DNA from: a virus
DNA length: 64,000 nt
Virus record (IMG/VR): IMGVR_UViG_3300048904_000313
Coordinates: 9,468 to 73,467 of that record
Strand: one strand, 5' to 3'
Shown here: piece after piece, positions 43,758 to 52,906 of the stretch
Layout of the letters: every line of letters starts with the position of its first letter
How positions within the stretch are numbered: position 1 is the stretch's first letter
Made by a program: the position numbers and the translations under genes
Notes under the pieces: model-generated
Told to the model about the DNA's origin: nothing
Databases searched by the model: none
Seen by the model: the letters and a program-made list of their open reading frames with translations, nothing else

Positions 43758-44518
43758 CAGTTGACCCCCGTGAGGAATCCGCCGGTGTACGAGAGCGTAC
43801 GTGAGCTGGTGAAGCTGCCGTTCCCGGTCTGGTCTGTGGTGTACTCGTCGATCGTGGTGAGCTCGTTGGTGCCGTCGTAGCCGTACTTCGTCCAGCGCGC
43901 GCCGCTGTCCTCCACCAGGTAGGTCATCAGGCTGCCGCCCGTCGACGTCTGGTCGTAGACGCGGTACATGAAGCCGAAGGTCTGATCGGTCCAGGCGACG
44001 AAGTCGGGCGAGATGGAGCCACCGCTGGTCTGGTTGTTGTTCTGCCAGACGTAGTAGCTGGTGCTCGTGCCAGCAGCGTTGACGACGACGTGATAGGAGG
44101 TGCTTGAGGACAGCCCTGTGACCGGTAGAGGCACGACGACCCAGAAGCCTGACGAGTATACCGAGGTCTCCGAGACGGTAGCGCTCGCGAGGGCTGAGCC
44201 GATCGGCTCACCGCCGGCGTCGGCGTAGATCCCCACGGTCAACGGGTCGATGACGTTGGTGATCGCCGAGCCACCCACGACGCTGACCTGCACCCAGACC
44301 TCGCTGATCGTGGTCTGGGTGGCGGTGGTCTGAAACTGCTGCGAGAGGTACTGAGCCTCGGTCGTGGTGTAGACGCCGGTGCCGGTCGACTGGCCAGCGG
44401 TGAGGACGGCGCTGTCGAAGATCGCGGTGGCGCTATGTGGCACCAGGGACTGGTTGACGCCACCCGCGTTACCGGGACCACCCACCACCGCCGCCTTGTA
44501 GACGGGGATCTCGGTCAC
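43757..44518 (-). CDS. Minor tail protein (paralogue of 40968..41714)
   Basis: Shared QQF.T, PVTGL, EDSGARW, SSRTLSYTGG. Confidence 0.7.
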   Translation of the reverse strand: MTEIPVYKAAVVGGPGNAGGVNQSLVPHSATAIFDSAVLTAGQSTGTGVYTTTEAQYLSQQFQTTATQTTISEVWVQVSVVGGSAITNVIDPLTVGIYADAGGEPIGSALASATVSETSVYSSGFWVVVPLPVTGLSSSTSYHVVVNAAGTSTSYYVWQNNNQTSGGSISPDFVAWTDQTFGFMYRVYDQTSTGGSLMTYLVEDSGARWTKYGYDGTNELTTIDEYTTDQTGNGSFTSSRTLSYTGGFLTGVN

Positions 44519-44519
44519 G

Positions 44520-45044
44520 TCACACCCCCGCGAGGCTGAAGGACACCTGGAGCAGCAGCGTGTTCGCGGTGTTGAAGCTGACCGTGGGGCTGAACGTCCA
44601 GTGATCCATCATCGTGCCAGCGCCAGCGGTGCTCGTGGCCAGGGCGAAGACGCCGGCCTCGGTGATCGTCTGGTTCGCCGTGGGCTGCGGGAAGTAGAAC
44701 TGCCACGTGATCTGCGCGTCGAGAGACGGGGTGGCCGGCACTGAGGCACCGGCACCCACCTGGACGCGACCATACTCGGTGAAGAGAGCGACGTCGGACG
44801 CTGCCACCGTGCCGGCACCGGTGCCGATGGCTCCCCAGAGTGGGGTGAGGTACGTGCCGCTGGTGACGCCGAGGTCGCCCGCGATGTCCTGGATGCCGGA
44901 CCAGACCAGGGCAGCGGCCATGACGGTCAGTCCGTTGGTGCAGACGACGTTGTCGCCCTCACGGTGATCCACGACGTTGCCGTCGAGGTCGAACGTGGTG
45001 ATCGACAGCCGGCCGTGGATGCTGAGAGCGCTCTTCAGCTCCAT
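44520..45044 (-). CDS. Minor tail protein
   Basis: N.V.TNG......AIGTG.......L..E..R...ITEAG.F pattern of actinophage tail proteins; ATG at 45044. Confidence 0.7.
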   Translation of the reverse strand: MELKSALSIHGRLSITTFDLDGNVVDHREGDNVVCTNGLTVMAAALVWSGIQDIAGDLGVTSGTYLTPLWGAIGTGAGTVAASDVALFTEYGRVQVGAGASVPATPSLDAQITWQFYFPQPTANQTITEAGVFALATSTAGAGTMMDHWTFSPTVSFNTANTLLLQVSFSLAGV

Positions 45045-45259
45045 ACGAAGGTCCCCCAGGTGGCGTTGTCCCAGGTGGCGGTGGAGGCCGTCACCGGGGT
45101 AGCGGTGGCTGAGTCCGTGGCCGTCATCGCCTCGTCCGCCTCCGCGAAGGTGCCGAAGCCGGTCACCGCCTGCGAGCCGGTCATGTCGGTGATCTGCTGG
45201 TTCATCGTGCCGAGCACGTCGACCAGGGTGTACGGTCGGAAGACGCCACCTGACGCCAC
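45035..45259 (-). CDS. Small tail-associated protein
   Basis: ORF track; ends TWDNATWGTFVWS. Confidence 0.6.
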   Translation of the reverse strand: MASGGVFRPYTLVDVLGTMNQQITDMTGSQAVTGFGTFAEADEAMTATDSATATPVTASTATWDNATWGTFVWS

Positions 45260-45270
45260 GGTGAGCCTCC

Positions 45271-46671
45271 CTAGATCCTGACGCTGGTGATCTGCATCTG
45301 ACGGTAGCCACCCGGTACGAAGGTGATGCTGTTGCCGGTGCAGAGGAACTTCTCGTTGGTGAGACCCCAGCTGTAGTTGTTCTCCGCATCCGGGATGAAC
45401 TTGTTCGTCACCTTGAACGTCTCACCCGACCTCACCCAGCCGTACCAGTCTTCCGTGGTGTTGAACGTGAAGCGTTCCGGGGCGAAGGCGTACTCCGTCC
45501 GCTCACGCATGGCCCGAGCCAGGGCCATGGGAACGGTCGTCAACGTGGTGTCGTTGATGTACTCCTCGAAGATGCCACGGTTCGGTCCGTTGTACAGCGT
45601 CTGAGAGCCGTGATCGTTGGCTTGAGCCACGACTGGGACCTCGTAGTTGTACCATATCTTGAGAACCACGCCAGACCCAGGTGCCGCACCGGTGGTGATG
45701 AGGAACCACTGACCGATCGTGTTCTGGATCGCCTGCCACGTGCCACTGCCGGTCTGGCCGGCCTCCACGACGTTCACGTCGTGATGGATGCCGCGGACGT
45801 AGAGGGACGGGGTACCGTTGAGCGTGTACCGCAGCGGCCAGCTCGTCTGGTTGCCGTTGCCGACGAAGGTGTCGGTGGGCGTCGTCTTCAGCACGGTGCC
45901 GTGACTGATCACCTGGTTGGCGCCCTGGACGAGCACGCGGTTGCGAACCGACGCGCCGTCCCACTCGTAGCTGAAGTTGTCGTAGGCGATGTGCCCCTGG
46001 GTGGAGGAGCCGTTGACCGCGGTGGGCGTGGTGGTGAACGTGACGCCGCTGGCGATCGCGGTGCTGGCGTCGTAGAAGTGCAGGTTGCGGTTCTCGTCGA
46101 CGTACCAGCCGTACGGTGTGGACTGGCTCGCCAGGGTGGCGAGCTTGCGCCAGGCGTCGCTGAGAGTCACGTAGTTAAGCACAAAGCTGGCCAACTGTGG
46201 CCCGGGAGCGACGTACCCGCCGTTGCGGATGGTCTTCGCGGTGATGCCACAGTTGGCCGCTTGAGTGAGTCGAACCACGATCTGGTCCACCGTCAGGCCG
46301 ATGAACGTGCCGTTGACGATGATGTTGTCGGCGTAGAACGTGTAGTCGGTGCACTTCAGGTCCCACTCGTTGAGCGTGGGACTCTGCACCACCAGGGTGG
46401 GGTCGTTGGCCACCCCGGCGAAGAGCACCTTGTTGAGAGTGTTGTCGGTGAGCTTGACCCGGCTCATCACCGGGACGGAGAAGTTGGGCGTGCCGGTGGC
46501 CTCGTAGTCGTCGACCAGCGGGAAGTTCGCGGTGTCACCCTGACGACCGAAGTTCTGGTTGATCGACATCTGGTTCATGGCACCACCCCATGCCAGGTAC
46601 TTCGTGTAGTCGACCGCGGTGCCGTTGGGCGGGGTGATCGTGAAAGTGAGGTCAGGAGTAGGAACTGCCAT
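45271..46671 (-). CDS. Minor tail (hub/baseplate-like) protein
   Basis: First gene after tape measure; WYVDENRNLHFY, VRNRVLVQG. Confidence 0.7.
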   Translation of the reverse strand: MAVPTPDLTFTITPPNGTAVDYTKYLAWGGAMNQMSINQNFGRQGDTANFPLVDDYEATGTPNFSVPVMSRVKLTDNTLNKVLFAGVANDPTLVVQSPTLNEWDLKCTDYTFYADNIIVNGTFIGLTVDQIVVRLTQAANCGITAKTIRNGGYVAPGPQLASFVLNYVTLSDAWRKLATLASQSTPYGWYVDENRNLHFYDASTAIASGVTFTTTPTAVNGSSTQGHIAYDNFSYEWDGASVRNRVLVQGANQVISHGTVLKTTPTDTFVGNGNQTSWPLRYTLNGTPSLYVRGIHHDVNVVEAGQTGSGTWQAIQNTIGQWFLITTGAAPGSGVVLKIWYNYEVPVVAQANDHGSQTLYNGPNRGIFEEYINDTTLTTVPMALARAMRERTEYAFAPERFTFNTTEDWYGWVRSGETFKVTNKFIPDAENNYSWGLTNEKFLCTGNSITFVPGGYRQMQITSVRI

Positions 46672-46674
46672 GTC

Positions 46675-49524
46675 TCACATCCTAATCCGGACGCCACCGG
46701 CCGGCAGGATGCGGGTGGCAACCTGCTTGCCGATCTTGTTGACGAGCATGTCCATGTCACGGTCCGACATCACTCGACTGTCTCGCAGGTCGAAGATGAG
46801 CGTGGTGCCGCCTGCCCCACCGGCCATGCCGGGAGCCAGGCCACCAGCGAGGCCGGCCGTAGCCGTGTGACTCAGCGTCATCGACTGCCTGGTCTTGGCC
46901 GCGTTCATCAGCAGGGTCATGGCCGCCTCGATCTGAGGCTGAGCCTGCTTGATGCCCTGGCTGAGCATCTTGACGATGTTGCGACCACCGATCTCAGGCG
47001 AGCCACCGCCAGAGAGCGGGCCCTTCTTCGCCGGCGACCAGGGGAGGTGGTCCTTCACCTCGGAGACGACGTCGCCGATGGCGCTGCCCACGGCGCCGAT
47101 CATCGACTTGACGCCGTTGATCAGGCCCTTGATGATGTTCTTGCCCGCGTCCCAGAGCAGCGTGCCAGCGTTGGAGAAGAGGTGCTTGATGAAGTTCCAC
47201 GTGTCGGTGAGCGCCTGACTGGCGAGCTTCTTGACGTCCTTCCACGCCTTGCCCCAGTGACCGGTGATGAGGTCGAGGATCACGCCGATCGTGTTCATGA
47301 TCAGGTGCATCGCGAACGTGATCGCGTCCTTGATCGCGGTCCAGACGAGCTTGACCGCGTCCTTGATGAGACCCCAGACGACCTTCCATCCCTGGTAGAG
47401 GATGTAGAGAGCGGCCTTCACGAACTCGAACGCGACCTTGGCTTCCGTCTTGATGAACTCGAAGACGAAGTGCCAGACCTGCGTGATCTCCTTGCTGTGA
47501 CTGTGCCACCAGTCGGTGAGGTCCTTGATCCGCGCTCGAATCCACTGCAGGACGTTCTCGTTGAACCAGTCAGCAAGGTCCTTGACACCCTTGACGAGGG
47601 CGTCCCACGCGGCCTTGAACTCTTCCTTGTGAGCCTTGAACCAGTCGAAGACCGCGCTGATCGCCTTCTGGACGTACGGCATCACGCTCTTGCTGAACCA
47701 GTCCACGACCGCGCCAGCGGCCTTCCACGCGGTCACGAACGCGGCCTTGAGGAAGGTGCCGATCTCGTTGACGATCGTGCGGAAGGTCTTGAAGTGGTTG
47801 TAGGCATAGACCACGATCGCCACCAGGGCAGCGATCGCCAGCACCACCAGGGTGACGGGGCTCATCAGCACCTGGACCGCGGCGGCGAGAGCCCAGACGA
47901 TGCCGACCAGGAGGCCGAGGCCGATCAGGCTGCCGAGCACGATGGCTGTCAGCTTCTGGTGCTTCTCCACCCAGCCGGCGATCGGGGTGAGGACCCTGGC
48001 GATGGCGCCGGCGATCTTCGTGACGGCTGGCAGCAGAGCTGAGCCGATCGCGATGCCCGCGTTGTGGATGGCCGCCTTGGCCTTGTCCATCTTGTAGGCC
48101 ATGGTCTGCTGCAGCTCGGCGAAGCCCTCCACGTGACCACTGGTGTCACCCATCGCCTCGCCGATGCCCTTGACAGCGGCGTTGGTTCCCTTGGCGTTCT
48201 CACCCGTGGTGAGCAGGGCGACCTGCAGGGCAGTGGCGGAACCGGTAAGCTTCTTCAGCGCCTCGTTGTAGGTCTGGCCAACGTCGCCAGCGCCCTTCTT
48301 CGCGGTCTGCGAGAGCCACTGCAGGGTGCCAGCCAGACCGTGCTGGTCGAGGTGCGACTGCACGTCGTGAGCGCTCAGGCCGAAGAGCTTGAGCTCCTTC
48401 GTCATGACGCCAGTCGGGGTGGCCAGGTTGCGCATCGCGTTGGCGATGTTGAACGAGGCACGAGCGGCGGTCATGCCGTGAGCGGTCATCTGCGAGAGAA
48501 CGCCGACGACGTCGTTGAGCTTGATGTGATAGGCGCTCGCCATGGGCAGGACGTTGGCCATGGACGAGGCCAGGTTCTGGAAGTTCGTCTTACCGTAGGA
48601 CACGCCCTTGATGAGTGCGCTGGTGGCCGTGGTGGCCTTGTCTGCGCTCCAGTGGTAGTCCTGCAGGACGTCGGTGACGGCGTTCGAGACGGTGGCGAAG
48701 TCGGCGCCCTCGATCGCGGCACCCTCAGTGGCGGCGCGCAGCACCTTGAGGCCGGCCGCGCCGTGGTAACCCGCCGACTCGACGGTGTACATGCCCTTGG
48801 CCGCCTCGTCGGCGGAGACGCCGACCGAGGCGGAGATGTCGAGGATGCCCTTCTTGACGAGGTCCAGGTTGGACTTCGACTCACCCGCGCTGGTGACCAG
48901 GCGAGTGGTGAGGGTCTGAAAGCTCGTGGCGGCCTTGACCGACTCGTAGGCCACGGCTGCGGCGGCGATGCCGGCGCCCATGGCAAACTTGCCAGCGGTG
49001 CGCATGGCGGTGCCAGCACCTGCCGCGGCGGTGCCCCAGCGACTCGTGGCTGCAGCGCCGCCAGCGGCTGAGGCGGCAGCGGCGTCAGCCGTGGCTGCCT
49101 GGACGCGACTGGCGGCGGCGACCTCTGCGGTCGTCGTGCGCACCATCTTCTGCGCCGCCGCCAGTCGCTCTGCCGCGGCCGACTGATTGGACATGGCGAC
49201 GGCGTCGCCCTCCGCGGAGCGGGCCGCGGCGTCGTTGGCGGCGAGGAGCTCTCGCTCCGCGCCGGCCAGTTCCTGCGTAGCCAGGGCGAGACGGGACTGA
49301 GTGGCGCTGAGGTTGGCTTCCGCGACCTCCAGGGCGTCGGCCCCACTGGCGGTCTGAAGCAGGCTCTCGTCGATCGCTGTGCCCGCCACGCGGGCGGCCT
49401 CAGCCGCCCGCTCAGCGGAGGTGGCGAAGCCGTTGAGGGTCTCGTCGACCCGTTCCATGACTCCGGAGATGCGGTCCTTGGCGTCAAGGATCGCGAGAAT
49501 GGTGAACGCCTCAACGCCGGCCAC
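46675..49524 (-). CDS. Tape measure protein
   Basis: 949 aa Ala-rich helical protein; ILDAKD N-terminus; Trp-spaced 11-residue repeats; follows tail chaperones. Confidence 0.9.
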   Translation of the reverse strand: MAGVEAFTILAILDAKDRISGVMERVDETLNGFATSAERAAEAARVAGTAIDESLLQTASGADALEVAEANLSATQSRLALATQELAGAERELLAANDAAARSAEGDAVAMSNQSAAAERLAAAQKMVRTTTAEVAAASRVQAATADAAAASAAGGAAATSRWGTAAAGAGTAMRTAGKFAMGAGIAAAAVAYESVKAATSFQTLTTRLVTSAGESKSNLDLVKKGILDISASVGVSADEAAKGMYTVESAGYHGAAGLKVLRAATEGAAIEGADFATVSNAVTDVLQDYHWSADKATTATSALIKGVSYGKTNFQNLASSMANVLPMASAYHIKLNDVVGVLSQMTAHGMTAARASFNIANAMRNLATPTGVMTKELKLFGLSAHDVQSHLDQHGLAGTLQWLSQTAKKGAGDVGQTYNEALKKLTGSATALQVALLTTGENAKGTNAAVKGIGEAMGDTSGHVEGFAELQQTMAYKMDKAKAAIHNAGIAIGSALLPAVTKIAGAIARVLTPIAGWVEKHQKLTAIVLGSLIGLGLLVGIVWALAAAVQVLMSPVTLVVLAIAALVAIVVYAYNHFKTFRTIVNEIGTFLKAAFVTAWKAAGAVVDWFSKSVMPYVQKAISAVFDWFKAHKEEFKAAWDALVKGVKDLADWFNENVLQWIRARIKDLTDWWHSHSKEITQVWHFVFEFIKTEAKVAFEFVKAALYILYQGWKVVWGLIKDAVKLVWTAIKDAITFAMHLIMNTIGVILDLITGHWGKAWKDVKKLASQALTDTWNFIKHLFSNAGTLLWDAGKNIIKGLINGVKSMIGAVGSAIGDVVSEVKDHLPWSPAKKGPLSGGGSPEIGGRNIVKMLSQGIKQAQPQIEAAMTLLMNAAKTRQSMTLSHTATAGLAGGLAPGMAGGAGGTTLIFDLRDSRVMSDRDMDMLVNKIGKQVATRILPAGGVRIRM

Positions 49525-49733
49525 TGTTCGCCCTCCGGTTCGCCGCTTCTTCCTCGCGGTTGGTCAGCTGAATGAAGACGAGGTAGTCCTCGACCTCAGG
49601 CCAGGGGAGCTCCAGAAACTGCTCCAGGGTCAACCCAAGCCTCTTCCACACCTGCTGCCGGAGCCAGAACCTCCCCAGGCTGTCCAGGTCGGTCTTCCCC
49701 GTCCGTACGCTCGTCATCGCCTTCGTCACGAAA
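49511..49733 (-). CDS. Tail assembly chaperone, frameshift extension (T-like segment)
   Basis: +1 frame ORF overlapping the chaperone 3' end (WKRLGLTLEQFLELPW.EV) and ending at the tape measure start. Confidence 0.6.
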
Positions 49734-50093
49734 CTGGCGCTGATCAGCCGCCGTACGCGGTGCGTTGGACTTGTCCACAATCTGCCAGAGCTCGTCGAAG
49801 ACGGGCCCCGGCAGGCGCTGGATGCTCTGGATGTTGATCGGCCAGACGCGGCCATTGTCGTCGTCGAGGTTCCAGTCCTTGACCGACGCCAGCAGCATCG
49901 CCTGGCGGTAGCCGACGACGTCCATCTTCATGAGGACGTCACCGCCGTTGATCTGCTGGCGGCCCATGAGCTCGTTCTCGGCCTTCTGCCGAGCGCCCTG
50001 GGAGAGGATCTCTCGAAGCTCCACCCAGTACCCTCGCTCGGGGTCGCCTACCGGGACCCGCGTGGTGCCATCATAGGCAGAGAGAAAGCCCAT
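49596..50093 (-). CDS. Tail assembly chaperone (G-like)
   Basis: Between major tail and tape measure; LLASVKDWNLDDD.G...PI...SI..LP. Confidence 0.8.
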   Translation of the reverse strand: MGFLSAYDGTTRVPVGDPERGYWVELREILSQGARQKAENELMGRQQINGGDVLMKMDVVGYRQAMLLASVKDWNLDDDNGRVWPINIQSIQRLPGPVFDELWQIVDKSNAPRTAADQRQFRDEGDDERTDGEDRPGQPGEVLAPAAGVEEAWVDPGAVSGAPLA

Positions 50094-50116
50094 GGCCGCC
50101 TCTTTCTTCGTCGTCG

Positions 50117-51559
50117 TCAGTACGGCAGGTAGACCGAGTTGGTCACCGTGGCCTGGATGGTGAACTGCGTGTTCCCCGACAGTGGCCGCGTCGCCTCGTA
50201 GGTGAGGTTGGACATGACCACGTCCTCCATCTTGATGTCGTTCGCGTACTTGTCGAGAACGACCTGTGGCAGGAACACCGTAATCGTACCACCGCTGGCG
50301 GGGTGAACGAGGGAGAACTGCAGCTGACCCAGGGTGCCGTTCGCCATGCGGTTGAAGTCACCGTACGTGGCGTCGTTCAGCGACGAGAACACCAGGTCGA
50401 TGGCGCCGTTGGTGTGCAGCGTCACCGGCGTGATGAACGACGGTCCGTGGAAGTTGGAGTAGGTGTACGTCTCCTTCAGACCGTTGTTGATGGCGATCGT
50501 GGTGTTGCTGACCTCGGTCCGCAGCGAGCCGAAGACGTTGAGGTTCGCCTCCGCGAAGACGAACGGCAGCTCGTTGGCGATGGTGATCGCCGTGGGCGTG
50601 TTGAGCACGTTGACCGAGCGGCCGGTGCACTCCACGCTGATGTCGACCGGGGTGTTGCCGACCGGTGCCTTCATGTCGAACTTGCCCACGCGACAGCCAG
50701 CGAACTGCAGCGACTGGAACGAGCCGATGTTCTTCTCCACCGTCAGCGAGGGCAGGGTGTTCTGCTCGTTGAGGGTGTGAGTGAACGGGCCCGTGGCCAC
50801 AAGCTCAACGACGGCCTCGCCACTGGCGTGAGCGTACGTGAGCGCCTGGTCCAGGGTGAGAACCGAGCCGGCGACGTTGGTGATCTTCCGGACCTCAGAG
50901 GTCTTGGCACCGGAGACCGTGTTGGCGTCGATCTGGATGATGTCGTTCTGGGTGAGACCCGTGGCCGACGTGACCGTGATCGAGGTGGCGGTTGCGATCG
51001 AGGGCGCGCTCAGGGTCGTGCCGGTCGCGGTCGTTGCCGCCACGCCGCTGGCGTGAGCGTAGAAGAACGCGTCCGAGAGCGTGATCACCGCGCCGGCGAC
51101 ACTCGCGACGCGACGCGCCTCCTGGTTGCCGTTCGTGTCCACGATGATCGTCTGGCCGGCCACGAAGCCGGTGCCGGAGGTCAGCGTGATCGTGGTGGCA
51201 CCGGCCGTGTAGGGGCTGGCGACGGTGGTCGTCGTGGGCGTCAGGGGAACACCGTAGACGCCCCAGCCCGTGATCGCGTCCGCGCCGACGGCGGCCGACA
51301 TGACCTGCATGGCGTTGGAGGGGAAGAGAGGGCCGTTGATCGTGCCCTGGAACTTCGCCTCACCGTAGAGGTTGTAGACCTGCAGGTCGCGCAGACCCTG
51401 CATCAGGTGTGGCGAGAACCAACCCGGGTTCTCCTCCATGGTGTTGGACACCATGGGAAGATACGTGTTGGCCGCCACAGCGGTGCCGAAAACGGTCTCC
51501 TTCGCGAACCCGGTCGCGGAGAGAGACCCGTACTTCTCAGTGATCGTTGGGTACGCCAC
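50117..51559 (-). CDS. Major tail (tube) protein with two inserted beta-rich modules
   Basis: GFAKE..FGT, F.GC.V.....A, ECTG, PF.F; internal duplicated T.IT.TS.TG...AHASG. Confidence 0.75.
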   Translation of the reverse strand: MAYPTITEKYGSLSATGFAKETVFGTAVAANTYLPMVSNTMEENPGWFSPHLMQGLRDLQVYNLYGEAKFQGTINGPLFPSNAMQVMSAAVGADAITGWGVYGVPLTPTTTTVASPYTAGATTITLTSGTGFVAGQTIIVDTNGNQEARRVASVAGAVITLSDAFFYAHASGVAATTATGTTLSAPSIATATSITVTSATGLTQNDIIQIDANTVSGAKTSEVRKITNVAGSVLTLDQALTYAHASGEAVVELVATGPFTHTLNEQNTLPSLTVEKNIGSFQSLQFAGCRVGKFDMKAPVGNTPVDISVECTGRSVNVLNTPTAITIANELPFVFAEANLNVFGSLRTEVSNTTIAINNGLKETYTYSNFHGPSFITPVTLHTNGAIDLVFSSLNDATYGDFNRMANGTLGQLQFSLVHPASGGTITVFLPQVVLDKYANDIKMEDVVMSNLTYEATRPLSGNTQFTIQATVTNSVYLPY

Positions 51560-51821
51560 TGTTCTCCTCGCTCATCTTCTCAGGGTCACCGCCGTCGGTG
51601 GCAACCGACTGACCGGGTTCCTCGTCGTGGTGTCGCTTCCGCGCAGGCTTCGTCTCCTCGACCTCCGCGACCTCGACCTCCTCGACTTCTTCCACATCCG
51701 CGCGGGCCAGGAAGGCCGGCGCGAGCTCATCAGGCACGGTGAACTCCATGCCGGGTTCTACCTCACCCACCGACCCTGTGATGAAGGTCACGGGCACGAG
51801 GCCCACGTATCGCAGCTTCAT
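51537..51821 (-). CDS. Small head-tail region protein
   Basis: MKLRYVG...GEVEPG.EF.VPD; acidic tail. Confidence 0.65.
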   Translation of the reverse strand: MKLRYVGLVPVTFITGSVGEVEPGMEFTVPDELAPAFLARADVEEVEEVEVAEVEETKPARKRHHDEEPGQSVATDGGDPEKMSEENSGVPNDH

Positions 51822-52273
51822 TACAGCTTCCCCATGCTCTCGACGACCAGGTTGCGCATCTTGCGGCCGACCACGTGAGCCAGGGGCTTCATCGCCTTCT
51901 CAGGGAAGGGGTTAGCCCGAGCGCCTGGGTGATTGACCCTCTGCCGGTAGACCCACGCGCCACCCTGCTGCCAGCGCAGCATGCGAGCGTTGCGGGGCAC
52001 GATGACGTGAGCCGGCGTGCCCTGGATCACGTAGCGAGCGTAGGGGACGCGGCTGGTGAACTCCACCGTTGCCGACGTCGCACTGACCTTGGGGCGGAAG
52101 CTGATCGAGTCGCGCAGCGCGCCGGCGGTGGGCTTGTTGCTGACGGGAGCCTCCGCCTTGATGGCTCGCTCCAGCAGCTCCCCGCTCTCGACCGCCCACT
52201 TGGTGGCGACGGTCTCCCAGCGCCAGCGCGTGGCGAAGCGCTGGTCGCCCTTCTCGATCGTGATGCTCATCAT
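51821..52273 (-). CDS. HK97 gp10-like neck protein
   Basis: APV....G.LRDSI...YA.YV..GT..H.I.P.....L.W...V.HPG.R.NPF. Confidence 0.75.
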   Translation of the reverse strand: MMSITIEKGDQRFATRWRWETVATKWAVESGELLERAIKAEAPVSNKPTAGALRDSISFRPKVSATSATVEFTSRVPYARYVIQGTPAHVIVPRNARMLRWQQGGAWVYRQRVNHPGARANPFPEKAMKPLAHVVGRKMRNLVVESMGKL

Positions 52274-52749
52274 GCCTGTACCGCCTCGTAGACGTCGAAG
52301 CCGAGCCTCGCGGTGTAGTAGAGCATTCGCAGCGTGGCTGGAGTCCGCTCCGGTGGGTACTCGATGTCGAACTCCTCACCGATCTGAAGGACCTGACTCT
52401 TCAGACCGGTGGTGGGATCCTCGATGAAGAGAGGCATCGTCGTGGTCCAGAGCTTCGTGCAGATGGCGTCGATGATTAGCGGCATCTCTTGATCGATCGT
52501 GTCGCTGTCGGGCACCGTCTCATAGGTAACGTAGACGTCGACGGTCCAGTCGATCCGCTTGAAGCCAGGGCCACGGGGAGCGGTCTGCCGCCTCGCTCGT
52601 CCCCTGGAAGCCATGACATACGCCTTCGGCCGGTCGATGTCCTCGACCATCGGCGGCGTGACGTAGGCCTCCAGCGCCACGTTGAGTCCCGGGATCTGCA
52701 GCTCATCGAGCAGACTCCGGACGTAGAGCTGGACGGAGTTCAGCGGCAC
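52270..52749 (-). CDS. Tail terminator-like protein
   Basis: Position and size in the neck module. Confidence 0.55.
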   Translation of the reverse strand: MPLNSVQLYVRSLLDELQIPGLNVALEAYVTPPMVEDIDRPKAYVMASRGRARRQTAPRGPGFKRIDWTVDVYVTYETVPDSDTIDQEMPLIIDAICTKLWTTTMPLFIEDPTTGLKSQVLQIGEEFDIEYPPERTPATLRMLYYTARLGFDVYEAVQA

Positions 52750-52753
52750 GTGA

Positions 52754-52894
52754 TCACCAGCCCTTCGGCTTGTTCACCGTACGGAAGGAGCCACCGTGGA
52801 CCGCGGAGCGCTTGCTTGCCTTCTTGATCTTGGCGTGCGACTTCTTTTGCTTGGTCTTCGCGGCGTGGCGACTGGTCTTGCTGCTGCGAGTCAT
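52754..52894 (-). CDS. 46-aa highly basic protein (not in ORF track)
   Basis: GGGAGG RBS plus ATG: MTRSSKTSRHAAKTKQKKSHAKIKKASKRSAVHGGSFRTVNKPKGW; fills the gap exactly. Confidence 0.6.
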   Translation of the reverse strand: MTRSSKTSRHAAKTKQKKSHAKIKKASKRSAVHGGSFRTVNKPKGW

Positions 52895-52906
52895 CGTCTT
52901 GCCTCC

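Noticed and set aside
49690-49710. -1 frameshift at GGG_GAA in the tail chaperone
   Set aside because: The -1 frame reaches a TGA within about 22 codons; the T-like ORF is in the +1 frame.
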